Shown here piece by piece: positions 12,694-26,531 of a stretch of DNA of 64,000 nucleotides. Made by a program: the position numbers and the translations under genes. The first letter of the stretch is position 1, and each line of letters starts with the position of its first letter. This DNA is from Paraspadella gotoi (Eukaryota > Animalia > Chaetognatha). The notes beneath the pieces were generated by a model that saw nothing but the letters and a program-made list of their open reading frames with translations, did no database searches and had not been told where the DNA came from. The DNA is taken from NCBI GenBank assembly GCA_051294375.1, contig CM119271.1, forward strand, positions 7,802,162-7,866,161, given 5' to 3'.

Positions 12694-15600
12694 CAAATCG
12701 CTGCTGCGACAACTGACAAATGACATGACAATCGTCTCACCACCGAAGGTCGATCATCGACCAGTCCATCTGAACTTCGGACGGATCGCTAATCGCTCTC
12801 CACATTTTTATCATCAAAATCTCCTCTCTCCTTTTTCCTTTCCTTCTTCCTTCAATCTTTCATTACTTCATCCTCTTTCCTCTCCTTCTCCTTTCCTCCT
12901 CCTTTCATTACTTACTTACTTTTTTTTTTTTTATTACCTTACTTCCTTTCAATTACTTCCTTTACTTTCAATTGCTGCTTTCTTTTTCTTCTTTTGCTGG
13001 TTACTTTTCAACTTCCCCCCCCCCCCACAAAAAACCAACTTCGACCAAACATCCTACTAACTTACCTCGCCAAAAAACATTTTCCACCTCCAACCCCACT
13101 CCCAACCCCCCCCCCATCCCCCGACCACCTTCACCCTTTCATTCTTCCGGCGCTCGTTCCCTTTCCAAGTGCAAAACTCTACATCGAAACCCATTAAACG
13201 ATTTCCTCCGGTGCCGCATCCAATCCTGCGCCGCTGCGCGGGCGCGCGCGCCAGCGCGGAGGTTATCAAAAAAAGAAAAATCAAAAAGCGCTTATCGACA
13301 TAGATGAATATTGTCGCTGAAATACGAGCGATCGGCGACCGGCGACGGCGACGGACGGTAGTAGGCTGAGGGCTACGGGTCAATACGAGACGGATCGGCT
13401 AGGCGAAGGCGAAGCTAAGAACGAATTCAAAGAGTACGATAACAATGGCGAAGCAAAAGGTCATTAAAAGGGAGGTAAAGGGATGCAGCAATTTTACAGT
13501 GTCAATGGGCTGAAGATTAAAATACAAAAAGAAATTAAGCTGAAGATAGAACGACTCATCACGATGGGATCATAAGAGGTTAATCTTACCGACACTACGT
13601 CCAAATAACACAACTTCGTCTCGTCTCGTCGTTTCGTTCGTCTCTTCGTCGTTTTTATTCATTCGAGTCCAAAGAATGTAAAAGCACAGACAATGACATA
13701 TACTTGCGCTTAAAGATTAACTCAATAATGAATCCAGTCTTTAATTCTCATTAACTCCCAATCGTATTGACTGAGTTCCTGAAAAACGTGATTTTTTATG
13801 GAATTCGCTTAAGCCGCATCACTCAACCCTTAAATTGTAAAATCCTTAACTTACTGTATCTTTAATCATTTCTCACATGCTTGTAAGAAGCTTTTATTAA
13901 AAATAACTGAAAACTTTTAAAAATCTATCCTAAATTTCTTAAAATTAAACAATTTTTTTCTTCGGACGAAACTAATTTTCAAGGAGAAACATATTTTTTA
14001 AAATGTAAGCTTAATTTCTCAATAAATCAAATTTTTAACTTAAAACTATTCTTTACCAGTAAGCTCAATTATCTTCTTATATTTATATTCTTCTTGGTAC
14101 AATTACATACTTGAGTTCGTATCACTAATAAGCTAAATAACTTACTACACATTTTTCCGATGGTTGTTTTTATGCTCTTTATGAGTTTTAGGAGTAAAAA
14201 ACTTATAGAATTTACTTCAATTGACTTTCTTTTTACTTTATGTAAATGTTTATATCATAAGAATAGTTGCCTTAATTTATAGGAATTCTCCTGAAAAAAA
14301 TCAATCTGAATTAAAAAAACTATGAAAACATAAGCCATTTTTGAAGACATCCGCGGCTTTTGAACAAACCCATCAATCACATCCCCTGCTTTAGTACTGT
14401 TGTGTGAATCTTGCAAAAGTAAGATAAGAATTTTACTTTCTGGACGAAGTGAAGTAAAAATGAAAAGTTGCAGCTCAAACTGTTGACTCTTCTTGAATAA
14501 AAAAATCTTGGCAAGAAAAGGAAAGGTGGGCGAGCATTCCTTATATCGGCGTTTTCGGAAAAATGTTATTCGCTTTTCAAAGATATCAAGAATTGAATCC
14601 CAAAATGAATGAAAATAATCAAATTTGCTTATGAAAGAAAGGCCAAATTTTTGAAAATATCTTTCATAAATTGGAGTTCGTAACCTAAAAAATTCATGCC
14701 AAATTCATGAGAAACCGCCTTACCTTGCTGCAACTTCTCAAATATTTTTTTATTTACTATAAGTAAAAAAAAAATCGACAAAAAACCGAGACGCCTTTAA
14801 AAAATCAGAAAGTGAAATACATTTTCGGATCGTCCAGGACTCTCCTTGGCAGAATCCAAGCTCCTTTTAGCCTAATTTATAATGATTGAGTCATCCCGAC
14901 CGTCTAAACGTTAAAACGTAACATTTTTAACCGTGTAACCGTTAAATCGGTTTAATTTTATAATTCAACTTAAATTTAAAATATGAATATTTAAACAAAA
15001 CTAAAGTATATTAACTGTGTATTTTCTCTTAACTCGGCTCTTGACAGCGCTGATAAAAGTGAAAACAGAGGTCCAAACATGTCTATTTTTTATGTCAAAT
15101 AAAATCTTTTTGTAACAAAACAAATATCTTTTCTCTTAATCTCATTAACACACAAACAAAGATAACCATAAAGTCTAATTCTTATATTTTGTTTTCTCTT
15201 TCTCTCCTATTTGTTTTCTCTTTTTCTTTACTTCTTCATCCCCATTCTTTAGTTTTAGTTCTTAACCTTTTTTCTGTGTTAGTCTTTCATAACTATGACC
15301 ATTTAATATAAATTATGATAATTTTTAAATTTATTATAGACTGGTTACTTTATCGGATTTGATCAAATTATTCTGATTAACAAAATACTATTTTTCAGTT
15401 AATTAATAAATGATATCCATCATTATGTTTTTTAAGATTTCTTCCTTCTATTACTAATTCTTTAAATTTTTAAAATAATTTCTGATTTGTTTATCATTTA
15501 TTATCATTCATTCGTTTTATTTCATTTGCTTCTTGTTAATTTTAAAAGGAAAGAAAAGAGAGAAAAATAAAATAAGAGATTATTTATTTTAGCTAAATTG

Positions 15601-16790
15601 AATTATAGTATTGCATGAAAGGGCAAAAAAAAGGAAAAAGGTAAAGCAAATCGGCGAAAAAGAAAAAAGAAAGGAGGGAAAAAAAAGGGAAAATGAGAAA
15701 GGAAAAGAAAGAAACAGAGATATAAAATAAAGGGAAGAAAGAATGAGAGAGATAGAATAGGAAACAAAAATGGGAGGGAAAAAATAACAAGAAAAAACAG
15801 GGAAAAATTGGAGACAGAAAGAGAGGGTAAAACTATGGTGAGAAGGCAGAGAGAAATTAAGAGAGAACAGAAAAAAAAAATAGTTTTTTTTTTTAAATAA
15901 AGATTTCCATACCAAAAAATGAAAAATCACATTGAAATTAACCAATTTAACCCTTAAAAGATATATTAACGGTAAGTTAAAAATATTTTTAACCGTTACA
16001 TAACCGCTAACAGGTAAACGGTTATCGGACATGTATTATCGCATCTTACGAAGTACCAGTTTTGTTACAGACATTTCACGCACTCATCTTGAATATACTA
16101 TATATTCATATAAAAATATATTAATTTATATATTATTTTGAGAGGATGAATCTGTCGGTGTTTACAAAATTACTAGTACTCTAAGCATTTTCTTTTTAAA
16201 AAAAGATTATACATTCTCACCTTTTTAGGCGACATTTTTATTCTGATTTTTTCCGCAAAAAAAAAAGAATTTATCGATGATTATATTTCGACGCTCTAAT
16301 TAGTCCGACTGAACTAGTTCGTCGTCTCGTCTCATCGTATCGTCATTCGATCGTCACTGCACCATTCCAAGTCGTCGTCGGTCGTCGTTTATCGCCGTCA
16401 TTATCGTTATCATCGCGCTCAGCCGCTAAGTCGCCGTCCAGATTCTAGTGTCTAAGAAAAGAAGAACGAACCGACGACGACGACGCACGACACAGAAGAG
16501 AAACAACAAACCATAAATAAGGATTAGAAGCGAGGGAGCCAGCGAAGTTGATTAAAGCCAGACAATTTTATTTCCAAGCTTATTAGTTATTAATCACAAG
16601 ACTGAGTAAATAAATAAAACTAAACGACCACGAAAATAATTAACAATTAAATTTCGAGTGTTATGCAAAAGGAGCGTGAGAAAGACGCCGTTTTAAAAGT
16701 CGGAAATGAGTAAATATTTACACAAGCACTCGCATGCGCCAGCGAAGACCACGCACAAATACGGGCTATTAGCCTTTCCACGTTCGCACA
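12694..16790 (+). repeat. Noisy direct duplicate of 10430-12668 that also fills its two N-gaps
   Basis: 12700-13765 ~ 10430-11605; 16000-16225 ~ 11892-12117; 16500-16790 ~ 12386-12668. Confidence 0.9.
14886..16035. mobile_element. Putative hAT-like MITE with AACCGT subterminal repeats
   Basis: AACCGT/ACGGTT clusters at 14900-14955 and 15965-16030. The cleaner duplicate at 11892-11926 reads ATAACCGTTAAC-A-GTTAACGGTTAT-CGGAACACTA, i.e. a TAGTGTTCCG terminus on the minus strand. No coding capacity. Confidence 0.45.
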
Positions 16791-18382
16791 CATCGCAACC
16801 GATTTCGCGATTTTGCACACAAAAACGACTCTAGAATTTCGTAGCAGAACCGTCGCTTGAAAAGCTCAAACGCAAAGCCGACTTGAAGAGTTCACACGCC
16901 AAACCGACTAATTTTCACACGCGAAACAGGAGGTCGTGCACGGCAGAGCATCCCGTTCTGCCGCCAATTTTATTGGCAGATTTGGATCGTCGATGACCAC
17001 GAGAGGAGGAAGGAGAACTGAAGGGTCGGAGAGTGGGGGGACGGAGCGAGGTGGAAGGTTGCGCGTAGGTGGGGTGGACAGTAGGAAATGTGAAGAAAGG
17101 AGGCGACAGTGAGTGAGGTCGAAAGAAAACAAAAACTGTAAGAGGAGAAAAAAGAAAAGAAGAAAGGCAGGAAGAAAGAAAGACAAAAAAAAGAAGATAA
17201 ATTTAAAATAAGAAAGACGAACGAAAGAAAAAAAAACAAACCAACAAAGCGAAAGGCAACAAAAAATGCGAAAAGAAGAAAAAAGAAAGAAAGAAAAAGA
17301 AGGAAAGAAAAATAAAGAGAAGACTAAAAAAATATATAAAATGAAGCAAAAGAAAAAAATTTTAAAATGTTTGCTCTTGTACTGAATAAACTAATTTTCT
17401 GCCACATTCACCAGTTGTGAGGTTAACATATAACATGTATTAGATCAATTAAAAAGGCACGAAATAACGTATTAAAATACAATTCAAAAAACAAATCTAA
17501 ACAATGTAAAAACAATTTAAAAATCGTGGTCCATACATAATTTAACCCTCTACTGGGTTTTGAAACGGTTGGGCCGTCCGTTCTACAAGACTCAAATGCA
17601 TACAATAATACGACGATCCAACCGGCGTCTTTTTTTTTCCCTCATGCTGGCGCGCGGCAACCCGGTAAAAAACTGTAGAATATCTTCTCCAATCTCTACG
17701 TGTGATTGCGTCCAGCCGCCAATCCAGCACCGCAGGGAAAGAAGCTTGCATTTTCGATCCAAACGCGAAGAAACCCGCCGCCCAACACAGATACAAAAAT
17801 AAATAAAAAAGAAATAAAAGTGAGTGAAGAGAGAAAAGAAGAAGAAAAATAGAAGATGGAGAGGAGAGAAAGAAGAGAGAGAGAAAAGAGATATTACCAT
17901 TGACAGACGTACCAGAGTCAGCGCTCGCCCTGGACGGAGACAGAGTCATTAGTCGTCATTTCGAACGATTAATAAAAACCAAAGTCCAAACTTCTCTCTC
18001 GCCGACTCTCCATCCCTGGGAGATTATTCCGAAGTGGCGCGGGGATGGCGCGGGGGTGGCGCGAGAGTGGCGCGGGGGTGGTGACGGCTGGTGACGCGGT
18101 CGGAGTTGTCATTCGTGGAGCGCTCACTGCTTTACAGTGACTGAGCATTGAGTATCGAATTACTAGTGCGCCCACTCGGCAGGCTTGCCCTTTTGATAAG
18201 TTTTCAAAATTTGGCGCCGAAAAATGATGTAATTGAGTGACTATTATGTTCAATTGAGTGAATTCAATGAATAACGAAATGAAAAAGTTTTCAATGCTCA
18301 GAAAACCGGAATCAAAAGATATGACTGATTTCCAAGATTAAAACGCAGCGCTGACATCTCGTGTCTATTGCGATGAACTAGA

Positions 18383-18473
<91 letters not shown>
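18383..18473. repeat. (AAT)n microsatellite
   Basis: About 30 perfect units. Confidence 0.95.
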
Positions 18474-18690
18474 TTAAAAGAAAACTACATACAGCGAATT
18501 AAATTAAACAGTTGCGATTTGAACTCTCGACTTTACTCACAGCGATTCCGTTTCTTTTCCTTCGGTCAGTCGAGTGCGAAAAGAAAGGGAGGAAAGAAGC
18601 AGAGATAGAGAGAAAGAAAGAAAGACAGACAGAAAGAAAAAGAGACAGAAAGAAAGAGAGAAAGAAAGAAAAATAGAAAGAGAGAAAAAG

Positions 18691-18761
<71 letters not shown>

Positions 18762-19545
18762 AGGAAAAAGGGAAGGGAAAAAAAGCGAATAAATCCGAAT
18801 AGATTTCTTTCCACTTCACTCAACAGTCGAGTGGGAGGAAGAAAAAAAAGTATTACAAAATCTTACAATAAATTTTTTCCCCCTTTTGCTTCGGCTCGAC
18901 TCCAAAAATGTAACCGAATAATGAAAAAAAAAAGATGGCGCAAAAAAGCCTCGCCTGCACGCACCGGCGGCCCAGCAACGGTAGCAAGGGCTCGCGCCGT
19001 ATTCCCGCCGCAATTCCTCTGCCCTCGAGGAAATAGAAGTCGGGGGAGGGGGAAAGAACTCTTCGCGCGTCGTGTTGTTATTATTGTTGTCGTTGTTATC
19101 ATGTTATTGTTGTTGCGTCGCGTGTTTATTTTCGTCAGTATTGACGTTTTGATCGAAAGACTTTCACTCCGGAGACGTAAAATCATGAAGGATTTTATTC
19201 TCTCTCCCCCCCCCTCTCTCTCTCTCCTCTCTCTCTCTCTCCTCTCTTCTCTCTCTCTTCTCTCTTCTCTCTCTCCCTCTCTCTCTCTGATCAACGTGAA
19301 TCGGCGAGGAAAACAACTTAGTACCTTCGCCGTTAAGGTTTGCAAGTGATGATAAGAAGTTATTTTTTTTACTGTAGTATGCAAATGAGAATTTTGTTGT
19401 CAATACGAATGACGCCATATTTTTTAAAAAAGTTTTTTTCTTGTTCTCATCTTCTTTGCCCCAAAAGTATTTTTTTTTCTCCGAAAAGGAAATTACTCGG
19501 AGTCAAAAAGTCAGTCAAAGAAAGTTTCTACTTCTCTTCTCTCTT

Positions 19546-19585
<40 letters not shown>

Positions 19586-20397
19586 CTCTCCTCTCTCTCT
19601 TCTTTCTTCTCTCTCTCTCTCTCTCGTTCTTTTTCTTTTTTTCTTTCGCTGCCGGCAACTCTGCCAACCACGAACCCGAAAAGACCGGCTGTTATAGGTA
19701 AAAGGTCTTCACGAATGGTTATGGGTGTGGAACCCGACACGCGCGTTAACGCCCTGGCTGGTTCTCGTTTTCTGAGAACCGCCTTACCATACGATCTCCC
19801 ACCCTCCCCAACCGAGGGCATTTTCTACGGGATTTTGTACGAGCTTCGAATAAATGCTCTTTCAAACTTATCGTCTATTTCTGTAACTCCCTTTTACTCC
19901 ACGTTTATAATTATATATTTTGTCTAATCATATATATCTGTGTAAATACTCTTTCACTAAAACATCGCTCAGTTTCACGACAACCGAAAGTCGCGGCAAC
20001 TTAATGTTTTGGTCGCCGATGGAATATAAAAATAACAGCAAAAAAATTATTTCACGACAACAACAGCGACGACGACAACGAAGACGACGAAAACGACGAC
20101 GTCCGAAACTAAAAACGCCAAGTTTTGTCATTCACAGATGGAACGTCGATCGGAGAGATAACTGGTTAACCGGGTGAATTTTGAATTAGTTACAAGGTTA
20201 AATAGACCTGAACAACTTTCAGGGTTAAACAGTGAAAATTTAAAACGAATAAACAATAAAAAAGTGTGTCCAATCATAGGTGAAAAAAAAATCACACGCA
20301 AATTGCAAGAAAACGCACCAAAAGAAAATTGCGCAACTTAAGACTTATTTTTTAAAAGTTTATCATTGCCGTTTGAAACGTTTTTTTACGCCCTCCT

Positions 20398-20475
<78 letters not shown>

Positions 20476-20566
20476 AACTTTGCCGGGAAGGAGGAAAAAA
20501 ATGTGTTTGCTAACGATTGAAACTGCTTATCGCAAAAGCGATACAGTATAACTCCTTCTCTCTCTC

Positions 20567-20624
<58 letters not shown>

Positions 20625-20839
20625 CTCTCTCCCTCCCTCCCTCTCTTCAATTTCTCATAAAGAGAGTCAGGTGACTCACTCCCTCTTTCCCATTTCGTTA
20701 TTTCTGAATCTCTGCCACACTGTCACACTCTCACACTCTTTCTCTCCCATACTTCCACACTCCTTCTTCCGTTATCAACCACGTCATCACGGCAGCCAGA
20801 AAAGTCATTTTAAAAACATGAGATTTTTCTTCCCAACAC

Positions 20840-20884
<45 letters not shown>

Positions 20885-23125
20885 CAGAAAAAAACAAGTT
20901 TCCATGGCAACAAGTTTTCAGGATGAAAGCGGAATCCGTGGCGGCGAAAGGGTTGTTCTTGATTAAAGGGGGGATTGGTATTTTTGAATCACCGCAGTTT
21001 TAAAAAAATATTTACTTTTTAAGAGTTGAAACTTTACGAAACTTTATAAAAATTCATATACAGACCTGTGCAAAAAAAAAAAAAAAAAATGGAAACCCCT
21101 AAACCTTGAATTGCGAAGGTTAATTAGTAATAGTACATATAAATCTATAATGTTATCTTCGAGAAGAACTAGTTATTTTTAAAAAAATCATCAGTAACAA
21201 ATGGATGGCTTAATTGCATCAACTATTCAGTATTCTCCTTTTCATGGACTTTATTATACTTTAATATTATGTTTTATCGAAAGAATCTAACGGGATTTAT
21301 ATATTTACACATTTTGGGTGACCTATTTTTTTTACAATGAATATTGAACAATGTACAATGTCCAGACCTGTGCAGTGTGTAATGTGCATTTTCCTCAGCG
21401 CTCCTCAGTATTGGATGATTCATATCAGAGGATCGAGAAAGATTGTGATAAAAGATTGTGATAAAAACCTCAAACGAATTCAATGTTTTCGACGTTGTCG
21501 TCGTCGTCGTGGTCGTCGTCATCTTCATCATATTCGTCGTCGTCTTCATCGTCGTCATCGCCGTTCGCGAGGCGCAAAACGATTCGCAAGTGGGACTTCA
21601 ATTGATAAAAATTCAAACCAAAAACAAAGGAGAATGAGACCGAGAGGGAGAGGAGGAGAGGGAGAGAGAAGAGAGAGGGGGGGGGAGAGAGAGAGAGAGA
21701 GAGAAAAGCAGACGGTACGAACAGAGACAAGAGACAGAGACAAGAGGAGACTTGAAACTTCAATTACAGCCTCTTACGAGTAAAGGGGAAATTTCTTCCT
21801 TTCACTCGAAAACCAAGAAAAAAAAATGAGGCTTGAACCAGAAATGATTAAAAGTCCACCCACGGACGATGCAGCGTGGAGGCGGTGCGGGGATGTAGGA
21901 GGGGAGGAGTGTGGGTGGTGAAGAAGGTGAAAATTGAGAGAGAAAGGGAAATATATGGAAAAGGAGAACATTGAGTTTTTAAAAAATTGGGAGAGATGTT
22001 GTGCTGGCTAGCATATTATAATATAATATAATTATATTATAATATTATAATTACCCGAATCTGGAAAAAAATAAATAGGCCGTAGATAAAGATATGGGAG
22101 ACAAAACTGATAGCCACTATTAGCCAGTCCAATGTCGGGGGCATGATAGTTTATTTGTTGAAAGAACGTATAATTTTCTATTAGTTGTAACAATTTCATG
22201 AGAGAAGAAAAAGCTTTGAGAAAGTGTTGGTAAGTTCGACGAGCTCATTGATGAAAAAAAAAAAAACAATTTAAGAGGAACAACGAACTTTCCTCTTTTC
22301 TCTTCCCGACTTTTTTTTACTGTTGTTCTTCCCTACGGAAACGATTTTACCCGCACGACGTCACGCGGAAAAGTCGCGTCACGCTTTGACGCTACGTCAC
22401 GTAACGACGCCACGCGGCGCTGAGTCTTAACGCGACGACATTAAAAAAAAATCGTCATCGATTTTAGTTTTTTTTTAATCCAACGAAGATTAAGAAAATA
22501 AGTTCACACTTAGTTAATTTTTAATTTATTAATTTTAAACTTCTTTGAAAACCCGATGCTCGATAAAGATGCGTGCGTTTTCGACCATCGGTGCCAGAAA
22601 TGTACTCATGGAGATCAGAATCTGCTGCAATTACAATTACCATCTCTGCGTGAGGACTAAACATCGTTGCCGGTAGAATTAGCACGCTGCCAGTAGACTT
22701 CACACCACTGCCAGTACATATTTACTCCTGCTGCCTGTATATTTACCACTTTTTCCATGAGAGTTGTCTCTGCTACCAGTAACTTGACACTGTTTCCAGA
22801 TATTTATTTTCACACTAAATTGGACCACAACAGCAATTAGTTTTTTTCCATCGGTTCCTCCGCATAGCAGCAAAATTGGCGGAGCAAATGGGGAATTTGG
22901 AAATGTATCACCATTGCAGGGGGCTGGAGCAACTGCTGACATTAAATGTATTACACTTGCCCATAAGCTAAGCCATTCCTGATTTCATTTTTGACCGTTT
23001 CTAGTAACTTACGAATCTAAGAAATCTCCACAGTCTTATCAACTTTTTTACCCTACTCTTTCTCTGACCCCCCCCTTTCCCCCTGAGCCACCCACCCCCG
23101 TCCCACCCTCTCCTCAAAAACTCAC

Positions 23126-23412
23126 CTTTGACCCTGGCCTTGATGGTGGCGCCGACTTTGGCCTGACCCACGGCGTTCTTGGGCAGACACGAGTATTCCC
23201 CCTCGTCGGCGTCGACGACCACGGCGAAGGCGAGGGTCGTCGGGGTGGGTAAGAGTAGGCGGGGAGCGGGTGGAGGGTGACGGGCGACGCCGGGGCGCCG
23301 GCGAACGGCGCCGGACGGGCGGGCGACGCCGGGGACGTCGAGTGGTCGACCGTTGAGATACCAGAGGGTCTCGATGACCGGCGGTTGGCGTCGACCAGGC
23401 ATTCAGGGTGGC
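23126..23412 (-). CDS. tutl: Ig4 exon
   Basis: ATL(E)CLVDAN(P)PVIETLWYLNGRPLD..LAFAVVVDADEGEYSCLPKNAVGQAKVGATIKARVK-G|gtgag; about two single-base losses near the 5' end. Confidence 0.88.
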
Positions 23413-23859
23413 CTGGGTTTTTTTTTTTTTGGTAGGTAAGAAGGAACGAATATAAATTGAAAGGGAAAAAAATGGATTATGTTAAAAAAATGTCTAGAAA
23501 TCATCTAAAATGTTATAAAATTATATTGAATAATGAAAAACGTAATAAATTAATATCATCTACAAACGCTTACAAAGATTTATCGTCAGCAGCCCTAATC
23601 ACTCACTCATAGTTATTCTTGCGTCGTGAAACTGAATTTCATTTGCAATGTTAGTCGCAATCTTTGTCAAAGTCTTAGTTGCAAATTTTTCCTTTTGTGC
23701 TGTTGTCGTCATAATGTTTATTGCAATTCTTATTTTAAACTTTATCGTGATCTTTATTCCAGTCCATCTCGGAGCGTTCGTGAACTTCTATATCACAATT
23801 TTCTTGACTTCACAGTCCTTGTTGCAGTCATTTTTGCTTAGCTTGTCGCAATTTTCTTA

Positions 23860-24040
23860 AGTCTCGGTCGAAAGTCTTCGTCTCGGTCTTCGTCCTAATC
23901 TTCGTCGTAATTTTCGTCGCAGCCTTCGGCTCTGTCTTCGTCCCGATCTTCGCCGCAATCGCTCTCGCTGTCTTCGTCGTCATCTTCGTCGCTGTCTTCG
24001 TCGTCATCTTCGTCGCTGTCTTCGTCGTCATCTTCGTCGC
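23860..24040. repeat. 12/24-bp minisatellite (TCTTCGTCGTCA-TCTTCGTCGCTG), degenerating leftwards
   Basis: Direct reading; produces the spurious MTTKTATK-repeat ORF. Confidence 0.75.
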
Positions 24041-24184
24041 GACCGGTCGTCGTCGCGGAAATCGTCAACTCGATTCCAAAATGGAAATCGCGGGGAAAAC
24101 GAGGCCAGAGGTCATCGATAAAACGAGTTCAATAGGAAGAGAGAGAGAGAGAGAGAGAGAGAGATAAGAGAGAGAGAGAGAAGA

Positions 24185-24245
<61 letters not shown>

Positions 24246-24502
24246 AGAAAGAGAGAGTAAGAGACCAAAAATTTAAAAAGAAGAAAAATAGAAAACTTAT
24301 TTTAACTTTGATTAAAATATTTATACCCCTTGTTTTTTATCATCTTCGTCGCTGTCTTCGTCGTCATCTTCGTCGCGACCGGGTCGTTCGTCGCGGAAAT
24401 CGTCACTCGATTCCAAAATGGAAATCGGGCGGGAAAACGAGGCAAAGGTCATCGATAAAACGAGTTCAATAGGAAGAGAGAGAGAGAGAGAGAGAGAGAG
24501 AT

Positions 24503-24570
<68 letters not shown>

Positions 24571-24654
24571 GAAAAGAGAGAGTAAGAGACAAATTTTTAA
24601 AAAAAAAATTAGAAATTTTTACTTTGATTAAATATTTATCCCTTGTTTTTATCA
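23988..24654 (+). repeat. ~330 bp tandem duplication
   Basis: catcttcgtcgctgtc...gtcatcgataaaacgagttcaataggaag(AG)n...ttgattaaatatttat occurs twice (~23988-24335, ~24340-24654). Confidence 0.85.
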
Positions 24655-24701
24655 TTGGAGAGAGAAAAAGAAGACGAGAGAAGAGAGAGAGAGAGAGAGA
24701 A

Positions 24702-24744
<43 letters not shown>

Positions 24745-24747
24745 AAC

Positions 24748-24828
24748 CGGAAATCCCTTCGGCAGCGACACGACTGAAGTTTGGCGCCGGATTTTTGGCG
24801 GGAAAGTGACGTTGAGGAAAGCGGAAGC
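24748..24828 (-). CDS. tutl: Ig3/Ig4 junction exon
   Basis: 81 nt, phase 0/0: ASAFLNVTFPPKIRRQTSVVSLPKGFP; tttttag acceptor, gttagt donor. Confidence 0.9.
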
Positions 24829-26057
24829 CTAAAAACAAAAGGGAATCAGTGGGAAAACAGATTTTGTTGGAGAGGGAAAACAGTTTCGCTAACTGTTAAT
24901 GCAAATTTCAAAAAAACAGGGATAACTAAGCCTTTTGTTTCGCAAGGATTAATTTTCTTTCATCTTAAAATAAGAAGTTAGGACGAAGTATGATAATACT
25001 CCTCGATAACGCTCAAGGGAGTAAGTTCTTTTATCCTTTAACAAAACAATGAAAAAAAATATTTAACTACTTCATTGATAAGGAAGCCAGATTTTCTCTG
25101 AATTAATAAACTAAGTTGTGACTAGTGAGAGAGTCCCAAATGGAACCTTGCGACGTTGTTAGAGGCCAGATAGATTTTTTTAAATCGATTTCATATCGTT
25201 CGTTCCATCTTTATAGAAAGGTTCCTTTACCAAACGATGAACCCATTCAAAGTCCCCAAATAACGAATCTCCCCTCCCTTCCCGCTTTGAACGAACAAAA
25301 CGGAATCGTTGAATCGGATTCTTTTTTTTTTCTCCTTCAAACTCAAACGCTCACGACTTTTTTTTTTGATGGGCGAAGGGAATTTTTGTGTATTTATCGC
25401 GTCGAAAGAAAAATCCTCCTTTTCCTTCCGGGAGAATATCGTTTTTTACTCCCCCCTTCCCCCCCCCCGGTCTTTGGAAGGAAGGAAAAGACAAGGGACG
25501 GTGATTCAAAGGTGTTGCGCCGAAAATTGGATTGATCATTTGTTCTTTAAAAGCCTCGATTTGAACTTAATTTGCATACTATTTCTTTCTTTTTTTTAAC
25601 GAGTTAGAATGTTAGAATTAGAGTTAGAATATATTTATTTACTACTCATTCCCACTTGATTAAGAGACTAGTTCTAAACCTTAGCTCGAAAAGCGAAAGT
25701 CTACCAAATAATCAAAACGTATCAATGAAAATATCTCGCTATTACCAGATGTTAGTCAATTTCTGGATAAGCAAGAATATCATATAGAGTCGCTGCGCGA
25801 GTACTCGCGGCGCCCCCCCCCCAAAAAAAAATTGGGCCCATCGAGCGGGTATTTTTCCTTCTTTAATTTTTTTCTTCTTTCTTTTTTTTCTTTCTATCCG
25901 ATAAAATGGCGGAGAGAATTTTGCGTTTTTTTCTTCTCCGTCAACGGTTGCCAAGGCGACGGGAAAGAAACCATCTTAAATTTCCAAACCAAACAACGCC
26001 GATTTAAATTGTAAACACGTGCAGATAATGGTTGAAAGAAAGAGATGGAGGAGAAAC

Positions 26058-26093
<36 letters not shown>

Positions 26094-26151
26094 AGAAAGA
26101 GAGAGAGCAGAGAGACACACTCTGAGACAGGGACAGATTCTAACCGCATAC

Positions 26152-26272
26152 GGTTTTAGCCACCTGCGAGGCGCTGCCTACTCCGTTGGACGCTTGACAG
26201 GTGTAGACGCCGGCATCGGGCGCCAACGCAGATGCCAGGCGGAGCGTCCCTTCTCTCCGGTTCACGCTCGCC
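26152..26272 (-). CDS. tutl: Ig3 C-half exon
   Basis: ccccgcag|G-ASVNRREGTLRLASALAPDAGVYTCQASNGVGSASQ(VAKT); two in-frame phase-0 donors (exon end 26164 gtggct or 26152 gtatgc). Confidence 0.9.
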
Positions 26273-26531
26273 CTGCGGGGAAAAGGGGGAGGCAGGGTGC
26301 AGGGGGTCAGAGGAGAAAAAAGAGGAAACAGGTGTCAGGGTGTGACAGGTGTCAAATACAACAGGTGTTAAGAAAAAGCGACGAAGCGGAAGCAAAAAAA
26401 TTATGTTCATCCGAGTTGAGAAATGGAAAACCCTACCAGTTCAAACATCCTTTCGTTTTATGATGGAAAAAAAAGGGGATGGCGTTAAGTCGTCTGTCCT
26501 GTCTGTCAATCTCTCTCTCTCTCTCTCTCTC

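Noticed and set aside
23828-24031. MTTKTATK repeat protein or CRISPR-like array
   Set aside because: Head-to-tail minisatellite without unique spacers, in a eukaryotic intron.
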